A stretch of DNA of 64,000 bases from Tepidibacillus decaturensis (lineage in GTDB: Bacteria > Bacillota > Bacilli > Tepidibacillales > Tepidibacillaceae), in NCBI GenBank assembly GCA_016841555.1, contig JAENYW010000001.1, forward strand, positions 429-64,428, in the 5' to 3' direction. The position numbers and the translations under genes are program-made. The notes beneath the pieces are model-generated. The model ran no database searches. It was not told the origin of the DNA and was given only the letters and a program-made list of their open reading frames with translations. This document shows positions 10,292 to 20,501 of this stretch, one piece after another (within the stretch, counting starts at the first letter, position 1; each line of letters opens with the position of its first letter).

Positions 10292-10786
10292 TTGTTTAAT
10301 GTTGGCGATAAAGTGGTTTATCCGATGCATGGGGCTGGTATTATTGAGGCAATAGAAGAAAAAGAAATTCTAGGTGAAAAAAAAGAATACTATATCATGC
10401 GCATTCCCATCGGAGATATGAGGGTAATGATCCCAATGAATAATGTTAAGGATGTTGGGCTTAGAGAGGTAGTGAGTGAAGAGGTTATCGATCAGGTAAT
10501 TGGAATTTTAAAGAATGATCAAACAATTATGTCAGCTAATTGGAATCGACGTTATCGAGCAAATCTAGACAAGTTAAAAAGTGGAGATATATATGAAATA
10601 GCAGATGTAGTTAGAAATTTAATGCTGAGAGACCAAGAAAAAGGTTTGTCTACAGGTGAGAGGAAAATGCTAGATAATGCAAAACAAATATTAATTAGTG
10701 AATTGGTATTAGCGAAGGAATTGGAGCAGGAAGAAGCTTTTGCTTTGTTAGATCATATAATTACTGCCAAAAATGCGTCTTTTTGA
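10292..10786 (+). CDS. CarD/CdnL-family RNA-polymerase-binding transcriptional regulator
   Basis: CarD_CdnL_TRCF N-terminal domain (FNVGDKVVYPMHGAGIIEAIEEKEILGEKKEYYIMRIP). TTG start at 10292 lies 6 nt after the SD GGAGGTGG. Confidence 0.85.
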   Translation: MFNVGDKVVYPMHGAGIIEAIEEKEILGEKKEYYIMRIPIGDMRVMIPMNNVKDVGLREVVSEEVIDQVIGILKNDQTIMSANWNRRYRANLDKLKSGDIYEIADVVRNLMLRDQEKGLSTGERKMLDNAKQILISELVLAKELEQEEAFALLDHIITAKNASF

Positions 10787-10903
10787 CGCTTTTTTGACAG
10801 CAAGATAAGTTAAAGTTTTTACTATCAGGATATATTGGACAACTTCACTTTGATATTTTACATTGCTTTATGGGTTTTATCCTATTGGGATAACCTTAAA
10901 AGG

Positions 10904-10927
10904 CTCGCCGCTAGGCGAGTTTTCTTT
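10904..10927 (+). terminator. Intrinsic terminator downstream of the carD-like gene
   Basis: CTCGCC-GCTA-GGCGAG followed by TTTTCTTT. A weaker GCGTC-TTTTT-GACGC-TTTTTT hairpin also overlaps the stop codon at 10775-10795. Confidence 0.55.
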
Positions 10928-11037
10928 AGCGGTTTTTCTTATCAAAGTATATAATAGTTAAGATGCATAAAAAATGATTAACAAATATAGGTTTGTTTTC
11001 TTTTGAAATGTTAATAATGAATAACGGAGGTGAGAAA

Positions 11038-12126
11038 ATGCTAAAAAGAGCATTTCAAATATTTTTAGTTGTCTTTGGTGGAATTTTAGGTTTTTTATAT
11101 TCACCAAGCTTAGTGAAATTAATGTATTTAAATAATTTATTTAGTGTGAATGAAATTGTTATACGTATTATAGGTATGGTTAGTGGTGCGCTATTATTAT
11201 TTTTATTAACAGTATTATTTATTGATACTTTTGTAAAATGGATAAAAGCCGTAGAAGACTTTATTTTTAAAATACCTATTACCGATTTCTTGTTTGGGAT
11301 TTTAGGCTTGATATTAGGCTTAATAGTAGCTGCTCTACTTTCGCAAACAGTTATAGTAATTCCTGTTTTAAATCTCGTAGTTCCTATTTTCTTGTCTGTT
11401 TTGTTGGGGTATTTTGGTTTTCGTATAGGATTGAAAAAACGGGATGAAATTATATCTATATTTTTGCTTAGTAAACTAAATAAGGATAAAACAAACAAAA
11501 AAGATGGTGCAGCGAAATATGAGCATAAAATTCTCGATACCAGTGTAATTATTGATGGAAGAATAGCAGATATATGCGGCACAGGCTTTATTGAAGGGAT
11601 TCTCGTCATTCCTGGCTTTGTCTTAGAAGAATTACAACATATTGCTGATTCTTCTGACACCCTAAAACGAAATAGAGGAAGAAGAGGATTAGATATTTTA
11701 AATAAAATTCAAAAGGAATTAGAAATTAAAGTTATAATATATGAAGGAGATTTTGAAGATATTCAAGAAGTAGATAGTAAATTGATTAAACTAGCAAAAG
11801 TCTTAGAAGGAAAAGTTGTTACAAATGATTTTAACTTAAACAAGGTATGTGATCTTCAAGGTGTACCAGTATTAAACATAAACGATTTATCTAATGCTGT
11901 AAAACCAGTGGTTCTTCCAGGTGAAGAATTAAATGTCCAAGTAATTAAAGATGGAAAAGAACACAATCAAGGTATTGCATATTTAGATGATGGGACGATG
12001 ATTGTTGTCGAAGGTGGTAGAGATTTTATTGGTCATCATATTGACGTATTAGTTACCAGTGTGTTACAAACATCTGCAGGTAGAATGATTTTTGCAAAAC
12101 CTAAACTATTAGAGAAGGCATTATAG
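11038..12126 (+). CDS. yacL: PIN/TRAM domain membrane protein YacL
   Basis: N-terminal TM helices, a PIN domain ([15 protein letters not shown]...) and a C-terminal TRAM domain. ATG at 11038 follows the SD GGAGGTGAG. Confidence 0.9.
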   Translation: MLKRAFQIFLVVFGGILGFLYSPSLVKLMYLNNLFSVNEIVIRIIGMVSGALLLFLLTVLFIDTFVKWIKAVEDFIFKIPITDFLFGILGLILGLIVAALLSQTVIVIPVLNLVVPIFLSVLLGYFGFRIGLKKRDEIISIFLLSKLNKDKTNKKDGAAKYEHKILDTSVIIDGRIADICGTGFIEGILVIPGFVLEELQHIADSSDTLKRNRGRRGLDILNKIQKELEIKVIIYEGDFEDIQEVDSKLIKLAKVLEGKVVTNDFNLNKVCDLQGVPVLNINDLSNAVKPVVLPGEELNVQVIKDGKEHNQGIAYLDDGTMIVVEGGRDFIGHHIDVLVTSVLQTSAGRMIFAKPKLLEKAL

Positions 12127-12138
12127 GTGATATGATTC

Positions 12139-12822
12139 ATGAGTTGTGGAATAGTATTAGCGGCTGCGGGGCAAGGAAAACGAATGGGAGTAGGAATGAA
12201 TAAGCAATTTATTCCTTTAAATAATAAGCCTATTCTTATGCATACATTAGAAAAATTTTATAGTAAGTCATGGATTGATGAAATTGTAATTGTTGCCCAT
12301 CCAGATGAAATGGAACAGATGAAACAAATGATTCAAGCGTTAAATATGAAGCGTAGAATTGAAATCGTCCCTGGTGGTAATGAAAGACAAGAAAGTATAT
12401 ATAACGGATTATCTTATATACATTCTGAATTTATCATGGTACATGATGGAGCACGTCCTTTTATTGATTCAACCATGCTTGACCGTTTGTATGAAAGCCT
12501 TCAACACTTAGATGCAGTTGTCGTTGGGGTACCTGTAAAAGATACAATAAAAGTAATTGATAACATGAACCAGATTAGGCATACACCTGATCGAAAAAGC
12601 TTGTGGGCAGTACAGACCCCACAAGCTTTTCGTCTGTCTGTTTTAAAAGAAGCATACCAAAAGGCAAAAGAGAACAATTTTTTTGGCACAGATGATGCTT
12701 CATTGGTTGAAAGATTAGGAATACATGTTACCATTATAGAAGGAAGCTATCGTAACATAAAAATAACGACGCCAGATGATTTAATCTTAGCACAAGCAAT
12801 TATAGACCATTGGAGTGAATGA
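12139..12822 (+). CDS. ispD: 2-C-methyl-D-erythritol 4-phosphate cytidylyltransferase
   Basis: N-terminal AAGQGKRMG nucleotide-binding motif, plus VHDGARPF and TPQAF motifs. Adjacent to ispF. Confidence 0.93.
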   Translation: MSCGIVLAAAGQGKRMGVGMNKQFIPLNNKPILMHTLEKFYSKSWIDEIVIVAHPDEMEQMKQMIQALNMKRRIEIVPGGNERQESIYNGLSYIHSEFIMVHDGARPFIDSTMLDRLYESLQHLDAVVVGVPVKDTIKVIDNMNQIRHTPDRKSLWAVQTPQAFRLSVLKEAYQKAKENNFFGTDDASLVERLGIHVTIIEGSYRNIKITTPDDLILAQAIIDHWSE

Positions 12823-13298
12823 AAATGTTAAGAATTGGTCAAGGGTTTGACGTTCATCAATTTAAAAGTGGACGAAAATTAATTATTGGTGGAGTAGAAA
12901 TTCCATATGAATTTGGTTTATTAGGACATTCTGATGCTGATGTATTACTGCATGCTGTAGCAGATGCTATCTTAGGTGCATTGGCAAAAGGAGATATAGG
13001 TAAATGGTTTCCTGATGACGACCCAATAATAAAAGATATTGATAGTAAACAAATAGTAAAAAAAGTATGGGAGGTAGCAAAAAAAGAAGGGTTCTTATTA
13101 GAAAATGCAGATATGACCATTATTGCACAAAAACCAAAAATGGCTCCGTATATTCCAATGATGCAAGAAACGATTGCTAGGATATTAGACTGTAATCTAG
13201 ATCAGGTGAATATTAAAGCAACGACTACTGAAAGATTAGGCTTTACCGGTAGGGAAGAAGGGATAGCTGCTCTAGCCGTTGTTTTATTGTCAAAATAA
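12819..13298 (+). CDS. ispF: 2-C-methyl-D-erythritol 2,4-cyclodiphosphate synthase
   Basis: [11 protein letters not shown] ... [19 protein letters not shown] ... [21 protein letters not shown] overlap with the ispD stop. An ATG at 12825 is an alternative start. Confidence 0.93.
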   Translation: MKMLRIGQGFDVHQFKSGRKLIIGGVEIPYEFGLLGHSDADVLLHAVADAILGALAKGDIGKWFPDDDPIIKDIDSKQIVKKVWEVAKKEGFLLENADMTIIAQKPKMAPYIPMMQETIARILDCNLDQVNIKATTTERLGFTGREEGIAALAVVLLSK

Positions 13299-13347
13299 TG
13301 GTATAAGATAGAGTAGATTAAGTATTCGTCAAAGGAAGGGATTATAC

Positions 13348-14820
13348 ATGGCAGAAAAGATAAGAGTAAGGTTTGCCCCAAGTCCTACAGGGCATTTACA
13401 TATAGGAAGTGCTCGTTCGGCATTATTTAATTATTTATTTGCAAAACATAATAATGGTTCATTTGTCATGCGAATTGAGGATACAGACCAATCAAGAAAT
13501 GTAGAAAACGCAGAAGAAAAGCTTTTATCCAGTTTAAAATGGCTAGGGATTAACTGGGATGAATCTATTGACGTAGGGGGAGAATATGGGCCATATCGTT
13601 CAATGGAGAGGTTAAACTCCTATCAAAAATATGTAGATCAACTTTTAGAAGAAGGAAAAGCTTATCATTGTTACTGTACACCTGAAGAATTAGAGGAAGA
13701 AAGAGAAGTGCAGCTTGCAAAAGGGGAAACCCCTAAATATTCTGGGAAATGCAGATATTTAACTCCAAATCAAAAAGAAGCATATGAAAAAGAAGGTCGT
13801 AAACCAAGTGTACGTTTTAAGGTGCCTAAAGATAAAGTCATTGAAGTACATGATATCGTTCGTGGGAAAGTAGCATTTGAATCAAATGGAATTGGAGATT
13901 TTATTATCGTCAGGACTGATGGTATTCCAACCTACAACTTTGCTGTAACGATAGATGATCATTTAATGGAAATATCTCATGTTATTCGTGGAGAAGAGCA
14001 TTTATCTAATACTCCAAGGCAGCAACTAATTTATGATGCTTTTTCGTGGAAATCTCCAAAATTTGCTCATGTTTCATTAATTCTAAACCAGGACCGTCAA
14101 AAAATGAGTAAACGGGACGAGTCGATTATTCAATTTGTTGAGCAATATAAAGAATTAGGGTTTTTGCCTGAAGCCATTATAAACTTCGTAGCATTATTAG
14201 GATGGAGTCCAGAGGGTGAAGAAGATATATTATCAAGAGAAGTGTTAGTCAAGAGATTCCCCCTTGATCGTGTAGCGAAAAGTCCAGCGGTTTTTGATAT
14301 TGCAAAATTATATTGGATGAATAATCATTATATAAAAGAAGCGTCCTTAGACCGTATTGTTGAACTTTGTCTTCCATATTTACAGAAAGAAAACTTATTG
14401 CCAGAGGAGTTAAATGAAGCACAAAGAGAGTGGGTTAACATATTAGTTAACCTATACAGAGAGCAAATGAATTATGCACAAGAAATAGTAGAGCTTACAA
14501 AGGATATATTTGTGGATGAGCTTACCTATAATCAAGAAGCGATAGATATTTTATCCGAGGAACATATACCTGTTGTATTAAGTGAATTTAATAAACAGTT
14601 AGAGCAATTGGAGGAGTATATCCCCGCAGTAATTAAACAGGTAATGAAAGTGGTGCAAAAAGAAACTGGATATAAAGGAAAGCAACTATTTATGCCTATT
14701 CGTGTAGCAACAACAGGTTTAACACATGGACGTGATTTGCCTGAAACATTGTATTTGTTAGGAAAAGAAAAAGTGTTAAAAAGAGTGAAAATTTTATTGA
14801 CAAATAAACACATTGATTAG
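13348..14820 (+). CDS. gltX: Glutamyl-tRNA synthetase
   Basis: Class I motifs HIGSAR (HIGH) and KMSKR (KMSKS). 490 aa. Confidence 0.95.
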   Translation: MAEKIRVRFAPSPTGHLHIGSARSALFNYLFAKHNNGSFVMRIEDTDQSRNVENAEEKLLSSLKWLGINWDESIDVGGEYGPYRSMERLNSYQKYVDQLLEEGKAYHCYCTPEELEEEREVQLAKGETPKYSGKCRYLTPNQKEAYEKEGRKPSVRFKVPKDKVIEVHDIVRGKVAFESNGIGDFIIVRTDGIPTYNFAVTIDDHLMEISHVIRGEEHLSNTPRQQLIYDAFSWKSPKFAHVSLILNQDRQKMSKRDESIIQFVEQYKELGFLPEAIINFVALLGWSPEGEEDILSREVLVKRFPLDRVAKSPAVFDIAKLYWMNNHYIKEASLDRIVELCLPYLQKENLLPEELNEAQREWVNILVNLYREQMNYAQEIVELTKDIFVDELTYNQEAIDILSEEHIPVVLSEFNKQLEQLEEYIPAVIKQVMKVVQKETGYKGKQLFMPIRVATTGLTHGRDLPETLYLLGKEKVLKRVKILLTNKHID

Positions 14821-14849
14821 AAAATAAAAATAAAAATGTAAAAAGCAAT

Positions 14850-15100
14850 GAAAAAGAGAGTAGGTTAAGAAAAGTCCATAGAGAGAATCTCCAAGGGTGA
14901 AAGAGATTTGGCTACTTTTAATCGAAATGCACTTTTGAGCTTTTTAACTGAAAATGACGAAATAGATTCGTCAAGTAGGTTTGAACGGAAAATTCCGTTA
15001 TCGATAGACTAAGTGAGAATGGATGTTAATTATTCTATTCTAAACAGGGTGGAACCGCGGTATAAACCGTCTCTGTATCAATACAGAGACGGTTTTTGTA
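14850..15100 (+). promoter_or_regulatory. T-box riboswitch leader, Cys specifier (UGC), with terminator
   Basis: Stem I start AGAGAGTAGG; specifier loop GAAA-TGC-A (TGC at 14928-14930); T-box sequence AACAGGGTGGAACCGCGG (15043-15060); terminator AACCGTCTCTGTAT-CAA-TACAGAGACGGTTTTTG (15065-15098). Located between gltX and cysE-cysS as in B. subtilis. Confidence 0.85.
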
Positions 15101-15144
15101 TTACAAGCTTTATTTGTTGACAAGATAAGGAGGTACTAATCGTT

Positions 15145-15804
15145 TTGGAGAGAATGAAAGATAATATAGATGTTTTTTTAGAAATGGACCCTGCTGCCAG
15201 AAATGCTTTAGAAGTAGTACTTGCTTATCCAGGTCTACATGCTATTTGGCATTATCGTGTTGCACATATGTTATGGAATAATCATTTTCAAATCCTAGCA
15301 AGAGTACTTTCCACCTTATCACGTTTTTTAACAGGAGTTGAAATTCATCCAGCAGCTAAAATAGGAAAAAGGTTATTTATCGATCATGGCGCGGGGATTG
15401 TTATTGGAGAAACCTGTGAAATTGGAGATAATGTAATGATATATCAGGGAGTTACGCTTGGTGGAACAGGAAAAGAGGTTGGGAAAAGGCACCCTACCAT
15501 CGGTAATCATGTATTGTTAGCGTCTGGCTCTAAGGTCTTAGGCTCTATAAAAATTGGAGATTATTCGAAAATAGGAGCTGGTTCCGTCGTTTTAAAAGGA
15601 GTACCTCCCCATTCTACTGTTATAGGTATTCCAGGGAGAATCGTGATACAAAACGGGGTTCGAGTAAAGGATGAATTAGATCAGGTTCATTTGCCTGACC
15701 CTATTGCTGATACACTAAAAACCATGCAAGCTGAGATTGATCAATTAAAGAAAGAAATAAAAATAATGGAAAAAGAAGGGATGAAGAATGATTCAATTGT
15801 ATAA
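15145..15804 (+). CDS. cysE: Serine O-acetyltransferase
   Basis: DPAARN ... [11 protein letters not shown] ... hexapeptide repeats ([24 protein letters not shown]). TTG at 15145 lies 9 nt after AAGGAGGT. Confidence 0.9.
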   Translation: MERMKDNIDVFLEMDPAARNALEVVLAYPGLHAIWHYRVAHMLWNNHFQILARVLSTLSRFLTGVEIHPAAKIGKRLFIDHGAGIVIGETCEIGDNVMIYQGVTLGGTGKEVGKRHPTIGNHVLLASGSKVLGSIKIGDYSKIGAGSVVLKGVPPHSTVIGIPGRIVIQNGVRVKDELDQVHLPDPIADTLKTMQAEIDQLKKEIKIMEKEGMKNDSIV

Positions 15805-17194
15805 TACGCTTACAAGAAAAAAGGAAGAATTTAAGCCTATCACTCCTGGTATAGTGAAGATGTATGTTTGTGGACCGACAGTATACAATTACATTCACAT
15901 AGGGAATGCAAGACCAATTGTAGTATATGATACAGTACGTCGTTATTTAGAATATAAAGGATATGAAGTAACCTATGTACAGAACTTTACAGATGTTGAT
16001 GATAGAATAATAAATAAAGCAAAAGAAACTGGCAAACCTGCAAAAGAGATTTCGGAAAAGTTTATTCAGGAATATTTTCATGATGCAGGAAGCTTAGGAG
16101 TGAGAAAAGCAGATATTCATCCGAAAGTAACGGAAACCATGGATGATATTATTGATTTTGTAAACAAATTAGTGGATAAAGAGATGGCTTATACTGTAGA
16201 GGGAGATGTATATTTTAATACAGAGAAATTTAAGGATTATGGAAAGCTATCCAAGCAATCTATTGACGACTTACAAGCAGGCGCGCGTGTAGAGATTGGT
16301 GAAAAAAAGAAAAACCCATTAGATTTTGCACTGTGGAAAGCAGCGAAGCCTGAGGAGGTTTTTTGGATAAGTCCATGGGGAGATGGTAGGCCAGGATGGC
16401 ATATTGAATGCTCAGCAATGGTAAATAAATATCTTGGTGAAACCATTGACATCCATGCAGGTGGAGCAGATTTGATTTTTCCACATCACGAAAATGAAAT
16501 TGCACAATCTGAAGGGTTGAATGAAAAGCCCTTTGCGAATTATTGGATGCATAATGGATATATCACCATAGATAACGAAAAGATGTCTAAATCACTTGGA
16601 AATACTTTTACTGTTCGTGACCTTATTGAAAAATACGACCCTGAAGTATTACGTTTTCTTATATTAAGCGTGCATTATCGACATCCAATTAATTTTTCTG
16701 AGGAGCTATTACAGCAATCAAAAAGAAGCTTGGAAAGAATGGAAACAACAGTTACGAACGTCTTCTATCGAATTGGGAATACAGGTAGAATGGGGAAAGA
16801 AGAGAAAATGCTTCCATTTATCGAAGATTGGAAACAAAGGTTTGAACAAGAAATGGATGATGATTTTAACACGGCGAATGCAATTACAGTTATTTTTGAT
16901 TTTATCAAACAAATCAATATCTACTTACAAAAGGAAAAGGTAAGCAAAGACCTTTTAATGACGATGGTAGACATGTTGAAAACATGGCTAAGTATTTTAG
17001 GGTTAGAGAATATCCTTAAAATGAAAGAGAAGCACGAAGATGATGATGCTGTAATTGAAGTGCTGATAGCAGAAAGAAATATGGCTAAGAAAAATAAAGA
17101 TTGGGCTCGGGCAGATGAAATAAGAGAACAGCTTAACAGGCAGAATATTTTACTAGAGGATACACCTCAAGGGGTAAGATGGCGTCGGAAATGA
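15788..17194 (+). CDS. cysS: Cysteinyl-tRNA synthetase
   Basis: HIGNAR (HIGH) and KMSKS motifs, plus zinc-site context. Overlaps the cysE end by 17 nt. Confidence 0.95.
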   Translation: MIQLYNTLTRKKEEFKPITPGIVKMYVCGPTVYNYIHIGNARPIVVYDTVRRYLEYKGYEVTYVQNFTDVDDRIINKAKETGKPAKEISEKFIQEYFHDAGSLGVRKADIHPKVTETMDDIIDFVNKLVDKEMAYTVEGDVYFNTEKFKDYGKLSKQSIDDLQAGARVEIGEKKKNPLDFALWKAAKPEEVFWISPWGDGRPGWHIECSAMVNKYLGETIDIHAGGADLIFPHHENEIAQSEGLNEKPFANYWMHNGYITIDNEKMSKSLGNTFTVRDLIEKYDPEVLRFLILSVHYRHPINFSEELLQQSKRSLERMETTVTNVFYRIGNTGRMGKEEKMLPFIEDWKQRFEQEMDDDFNTANAITVIFDFIKQINIYLQKEKVSKDLLMTMVDMLKTWLSILGLENILKMKEKHEDDDAVIEVLIAERNMAKKNKDWARADEIREQLNRQNILLEDTPQGVRWRRK

Positions 17195-17601
17195 TGAATA
17201 ATCAACCATCTAGGAAACCGAATGAAATGAATGCATTAACCCTTGCTTACATGGGAGATGCAGTATATGAGCTCTATATTAGAAAACGCTTAGTTTTGCA
17301 AGGTGGGAAACAAAACGTACTTCATCGAAAAGCTATTTCTTATGTCTCTGCTACAGCTCAAGCGAGAATTATCCATTATCTTATGCCCTTGCTTTATGAA
17401 AATGAACAAGACATTGTGAAAAGAGGAAGAAATGCAAAATCAAATACTGTACCAAAGAATACAGATGTTATAGTTTATCGATATAGTACAGCATTTGAGA
17501 CGTTGATTGGATATCTATATTTGACCGACAATACAGAAAGATTAGAACAAATTATTAATATGGCGATAGACTTTATTGAAAGGAATCAGGATAATGACTA
17601 A
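17179..17601 (+). CDS. mrnC: Mini-ribonuclease III
   Basis: [14 protein letters not shown] ... [15 protein letters not shown] ... [16 protein letters not shown]. The start is ambiguous (ATG at 17179, 17191 or 17194, overlapping the cysS stop). Confidence 0.85.
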   Translation: MASEMMNNQPSRKPNEMNALTLAYMGDAVYELYIRKRLVLQGGKQNVLHRKAISYVSATAQARIIHYLMPLLYENEQDIVKRGRNAKSNTVPKNTDVIVYRYSTAFETLIGYLYLTDNTERLEQIINMAIDFIERNQDND

Positions 17602-18346
17602 ACCGAATGAAAATGAACAGATGATTATTGGGAAAAATCCTGTTTTAGAAGCAATGGTATCAGAACATTCCATTCACAAAATATATATAGCAGATGGAAT
17701 AAATAAAAGTTCTATACAAAAGCTATTAACATCAGCCAAAGAAAAAGGAATTGTTGTTCAATTTTTACCAAGAAAAAAAATAGATCAAATGGCTGAGTCA
17801 TTAAACCATCAAGGAATTATTGCACAAGCATCTGCCTATGATTATGTTAGCTTAGATGACTTACTATCGACTGCAAAAAATAAACAAACTACCCCATTTA
17901 TTATCATGCTGGATGAGATAGAGGACCCCCACAACCTTGGTTCTATTTTAAGAACGGCAGATGTTGTTGGTGCAGATGGGATTATTATTCCCAAAAGACG
18001 ATCTGTTGGTTTAACATCGACAGTAGCCAAAACATCTGCTGGAGCGATAGAACATGTACCAGTTGCCAGAGTAACTAACCTAGCCCAAACGATAGAACGG
18101 TTGAAAAAAGAAGGGTATTGGCTAATCGGGACGGATGCTTCTGCTAATCAGTCCTTTGATAAGGTAGATTATAATATCCCTGTTTGTTTGATAATAGGAA
18201 GTGAAGGGAAAGGAATTTCAAGATTAGTCAGGGATAAATGTGATTTTATGGTGCAATTACCAATGAAGGGTCATGTAAACTCATTAAATGCTTCTGTGGC
18301 AGCAGCCATTATGATGTATGAAGTATATAGGCAAAGAGGTTTTTAG
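17594..18346 (+). CDS. rlmB: 23S rRNA (guanosine-2'-O)-methyltransferase, SpoU/TrmH family (RlmB/YacO)
   Basis: SpoU motifs (DEIEDPHNLGSILRTAD, LIIGSEGKGIS, LNASVAAAIMMYE). ATG at 17594 gives about 250 aa, like the B. subtilis YacO as recalled. Confidence 0.88.
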   Translation: MTKPNENEQMIIGKNPVLEAMVSEHSIHKIYIADGINKSSIQKLLTSAKEKGIVVQFLPRKKIDQMAESLNHQGIIAQASAYDYVSLDDLLSTAKNKQTTPFIIMLDEIEDPHNLGSILRTADVVGADGIIIPKRRSVGLTSTVAKTSAGAIEHVPVARVTNLAQTIERLKKEGYWLIGTDASANQSFDKVDYNIPVCLIIGSEGKGISRLVRDKCDFMVQLPMKGHVNSLNASVAAAIMMYEVYRQRGF

Positions 18347-18362
18347 TTTCTGGAGGAGCATA

Positions 18363-18878
18363 ATGGATGAATTTTTAATAGTAGACGGTTATAATATCAT
18401 TGGTGCTTGGCCAGAATTAAGGACACTTAAGGAAAAAGACAAATTGGCAGAAGCGAGAGATGCATTAATTCATTGGTTGGATGAATATCAGGCCTACTCT
18501 GGTCGTGAGGTTATCTTAGTATTTGACGCTCACCAAGTACCCGGGATGGGCAAAAAATATAGTAATAATCGAATAACTATCTATTATACAAAAGAAAATG
18601 AAACAGCTGATGAATTAATTGAAAGATTAGTAAAAGAATTATATATACGAAGAAGACAAATTTATGTAGCGACATCAGATTATACAGAACAGAGAGTAAT
18701 TTTTGGACAAGGTGCATTAAGGATATCTGCAAGAGAATTGGCGATTGAAAAGGAAACAATAGAAAAAAAGATAGAAACAAAGGTAACAAAAAATAATAAA
18801 AAGCTAAAAAGTAATATTTTTTCGTCGTTAGATGATGAAATGATCAAATTTTTTGAAAATTGGAGGAGGAAAAAATAG
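18363..18878 (+). CDS. NYN-domain ribonuclease YacP/Rae1 family
   Basis: MDEFLIVDGYNIIGAW... NYN/PIN-like N-terminus. SD CTGGAGGAG upstream of the ATG at 18363. Conserved position before sigH. Confidence 0.85.
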   Translation: MDEFLIVDGYNIIGAWPELRTLKEKDKLAEARDALIHWLDEYQAYSGREVILVFDAHQVPGMGKKYSNNRITIYYTKENETADELIERLVKELYIRRRQIYVATSDYTEQRVIFGQGALRISARELAIEKETIEKKIETKVTKNNKKLKSNIFSSLDDEMIKFFENWRRKK

Positions 18879-18963
18879 AGAATTATCTTCGGTTCGAGAA
18901 AAATCGTTGTGCTAGTATAGTGAACGTCCTGTGCTTCGCAATCTCGAAATAATTCTCGCTTTA

Positions 18964-18993
18964 TTGACGATTCTAGGTTACATAATGTATAAT
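18964..18993 (+). promoter_or_regulatory. Candidate sigmaA promoter of sigH (TTGACG-18-TATAAT)
   Basis: TTGACG at 18964-18969 and TATAAT at 18988-18993. Confidence 0.5.
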
Positions 18994-19034
18994 TGTTATA
19001 TCTTATTTACCGATAAACCATCGGAGGGATCGTC

Positions 19035-19688
19035 GTGAGTGTAAACCTCAAAGAAAGTAACGCTATGATCCATTTTGAGCACTACTCAGATGAAGATTTA
19101 GTTACTTATATACATGGAGGGGATTCTGAGGCCCTGGAATACCTCATTCATAAATATAAGCATTTCGTTAGAGCGAAGGCTAGATCTTATTTTCTTATTG
19201 GTGCTGATCGTGAAGACATTATCCAGGAAGGGATGATTGGATTATATAAATCCATTCGTGATTTTAGAGAGGACAAGCTTACCTCCTTTAAAGCCTTTGC
19301 TGAGTTGTGTGTTACTCGACAAATAATAACTGCAATTAAAACAGCCACTCGTCAAAAGCATATCCCTTTGAACTCCTACGTTTCATTAGATAAGCCTATT
19401 TATGATGAAGATTCAGATCGAACACTATTAGATATTATTTATGAAAGTAAAGTAACTGATCCTGAAGCGCTAATCATTAATCAGGAGGAATATGATGATA
19501 TCGAGGAAAAGATGGAAGAAATTTTAAGTGATTTAGAACGACAAGTACTTAGACTTTATTTAGACGGTCGTTCCTATCAAGAAATTGCAAAGGATTTAAA
19601 GCGTCATGTTAAATCAATCGATAATGCTTTACAACGTGTTAAGAGAAAGTTAGAACGTTATATAGAAGGAAGAAAAGAACCGCATTAA
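19035..19688 (+). CDS. sigH: RNA polymerase sigma-H factor
   Basis: Near-identical core to the Bacillus SigH as recalled (FVRAKARSYFLIGADREDIIQEGMIGLYKSIRDF..., KTATRQKHIPLNSY, VKSIDNALQRVKRKLE). GTG start after the SD GGAGGGA. Confidence 0.93.
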   Translation: MSVNLKESNAMIHFEHYSDEDLVTYIHGGDSEALEYLIHKYKHFVRAKARSYFLIGADREDIIQEGMIGLYKSIRDFREDKLTSFKAFAELCVTRQIITAIKTATRQKHIPLNSYVSLDKPIYDEDSDRTLLDIIYESKVTDPEALIINQEEYDDIEEKMEEILSDLERQVLRLYLDGRSYQEIAKDLKRHVKSIDNALQRVKRKLERYIEGRKEPH

Positions 19689-19707
19689 TTTGCTACACAG
19701 GTATAAC

Positions 19708-19740
19708 CTTAGACTTCAATGAAAATAATTGAAGTCTAAG
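19708..19740 (+). repeat. Hairpin A: copy of the downstream terminator hairpin, without a U-tract
   Basis: CTTAGACTTCAAT-GAAAATA-ATTGAAGTCTAAG, a perfect 13-bp stem 20 nt after the sigH stop. 32/33 identical to the core of hairpin B at 19888-19914. Confidence 0.7.
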
Positions 19741-19887
19741 CTTGTATATAAAGCCCAATCTCAGCGTTGCTTCTCCATCTAGGACTCTTACGTATTTCTG
19801 TATACGTTGCAATCCCTAGCTGACGTCACGCCTTGATCTTGAGCTTTCTTTACAAGCTGGTATCCTGACGATTTTCTCGTCAGTCTA

Positions 19888-19921
19888 AGACTTCAATCAA
19901 AATAATTGAAGTCTTTTTTTT
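19888..19921 (+). terminator. Intrinsic terminator (hairpin B) before the rpmG-secE-nusG promoter
   Basis: AGACTTCAAT-CAAAATA-ATTGAAGTCT followed by 8 T. Confidence 0.8.
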
Positions 19922-19935
19922 ATAAAAAAGACTTA

Positions 19936-19964
19936 TTGACATTAAAATCCTGTTGTGATAAAGT
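19936..19964 (+). promoter_or_regulatory. sigmaA promoter of rpmG-secE-nusG (TTGACA-17-TGaTAAAGT)
   Basis: TTGACA at 19936-19941, a TG extension, and -10 TAAAGT at 19959-19964. Confidence 0.6.
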
Positions 19965-20064
19965 GTTTTAGGTAACCATGCGCAATTTACTGTTTTGTGT
20001 ATGGAAAAACTATAAAATTAAGGGTTTCTAATATTGTTTAGATTCTACGTGGGAGGTGTACACA

Positions 20065-20214
20065 ATGCGAGTTACTGTAACATTAGCTTGCACCGAATGC
20101 AAACAGCGCAACTATACCACAAAAAAGAACAAAAGAAATAATCCTGACCGTATCGAAATGAAAAAGTATTGCAAGTTCTGTAATGATCACACATTACATC
20201 GAGAAACTCGATAA
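20065..20214 (+). CDS. rpmG: 50S ribosomal protein L33 (zinc-ribbon form)
   Basis: Not in the ORF track (49 aa). Read directly: [59 protein letters not shown] lies 6 nt upstream. Confidence 0.93.
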   Translation: MRVTVTLACTECKQRNYTTKKNKRNNPDRIEMKKYCKFCNDHTLHRETR

Positions 20215-20227
20215 TGGAGGTGTAATG

Positions 20228-20458
20228 ATGGGACTTCTCGCTAAGATTGGTAATGGTATCACGAATAGGTTATCTTCTTTTGTTAGTTATTTTAGAGATG
20301 GATTTCGAGAACTAAAAAAAGTTCGCTGGCCTAATCGAAAAGAATTAACTAGTTATTCTATTATTGTTATTTCTACAGTAGTATTCGTAACTATTTATTT
20401 CGTAATAGTGGATTTAGGTATTTCTTCTCTGTTACAACTAATAGGTTTAGGTAAGTAA
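20228..20458 (+). CDS. secE: Preprotein translocase subunit SecE
   Basis: C-terminal part ELKKVRWPNRKELTSYSIIVISTVVFVTIYFVIVDLGIS matches SecE. SD GGAGGTG at 20216-20222 favours the ATG at 20228 (or 20225). The track start at 20183 overlaps rpmG. Confidence 0.85.
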   Translation: MGLLAKIGNGITNRLSSFVSYFRDGFRELKKVRWPNRKELTSYSIIVISTVVFVTIYFVIVDLGISSLLQLIGLGK

Positions 20459-20501
20459 TCAGCTTTTAAAAGAGGGGGCAGGACAAGCGTCCAATATGAA
20501 T

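Noticed and set aside
10787-10903. Possible independent sRNA between the two hairpins downstream of the carD-like gene
   Set aside because: I could not find a credible -35/-10 pair (the TTGACA at 10794 has no matching -10). It is most simply a 3'-UTR with tandem terminators.
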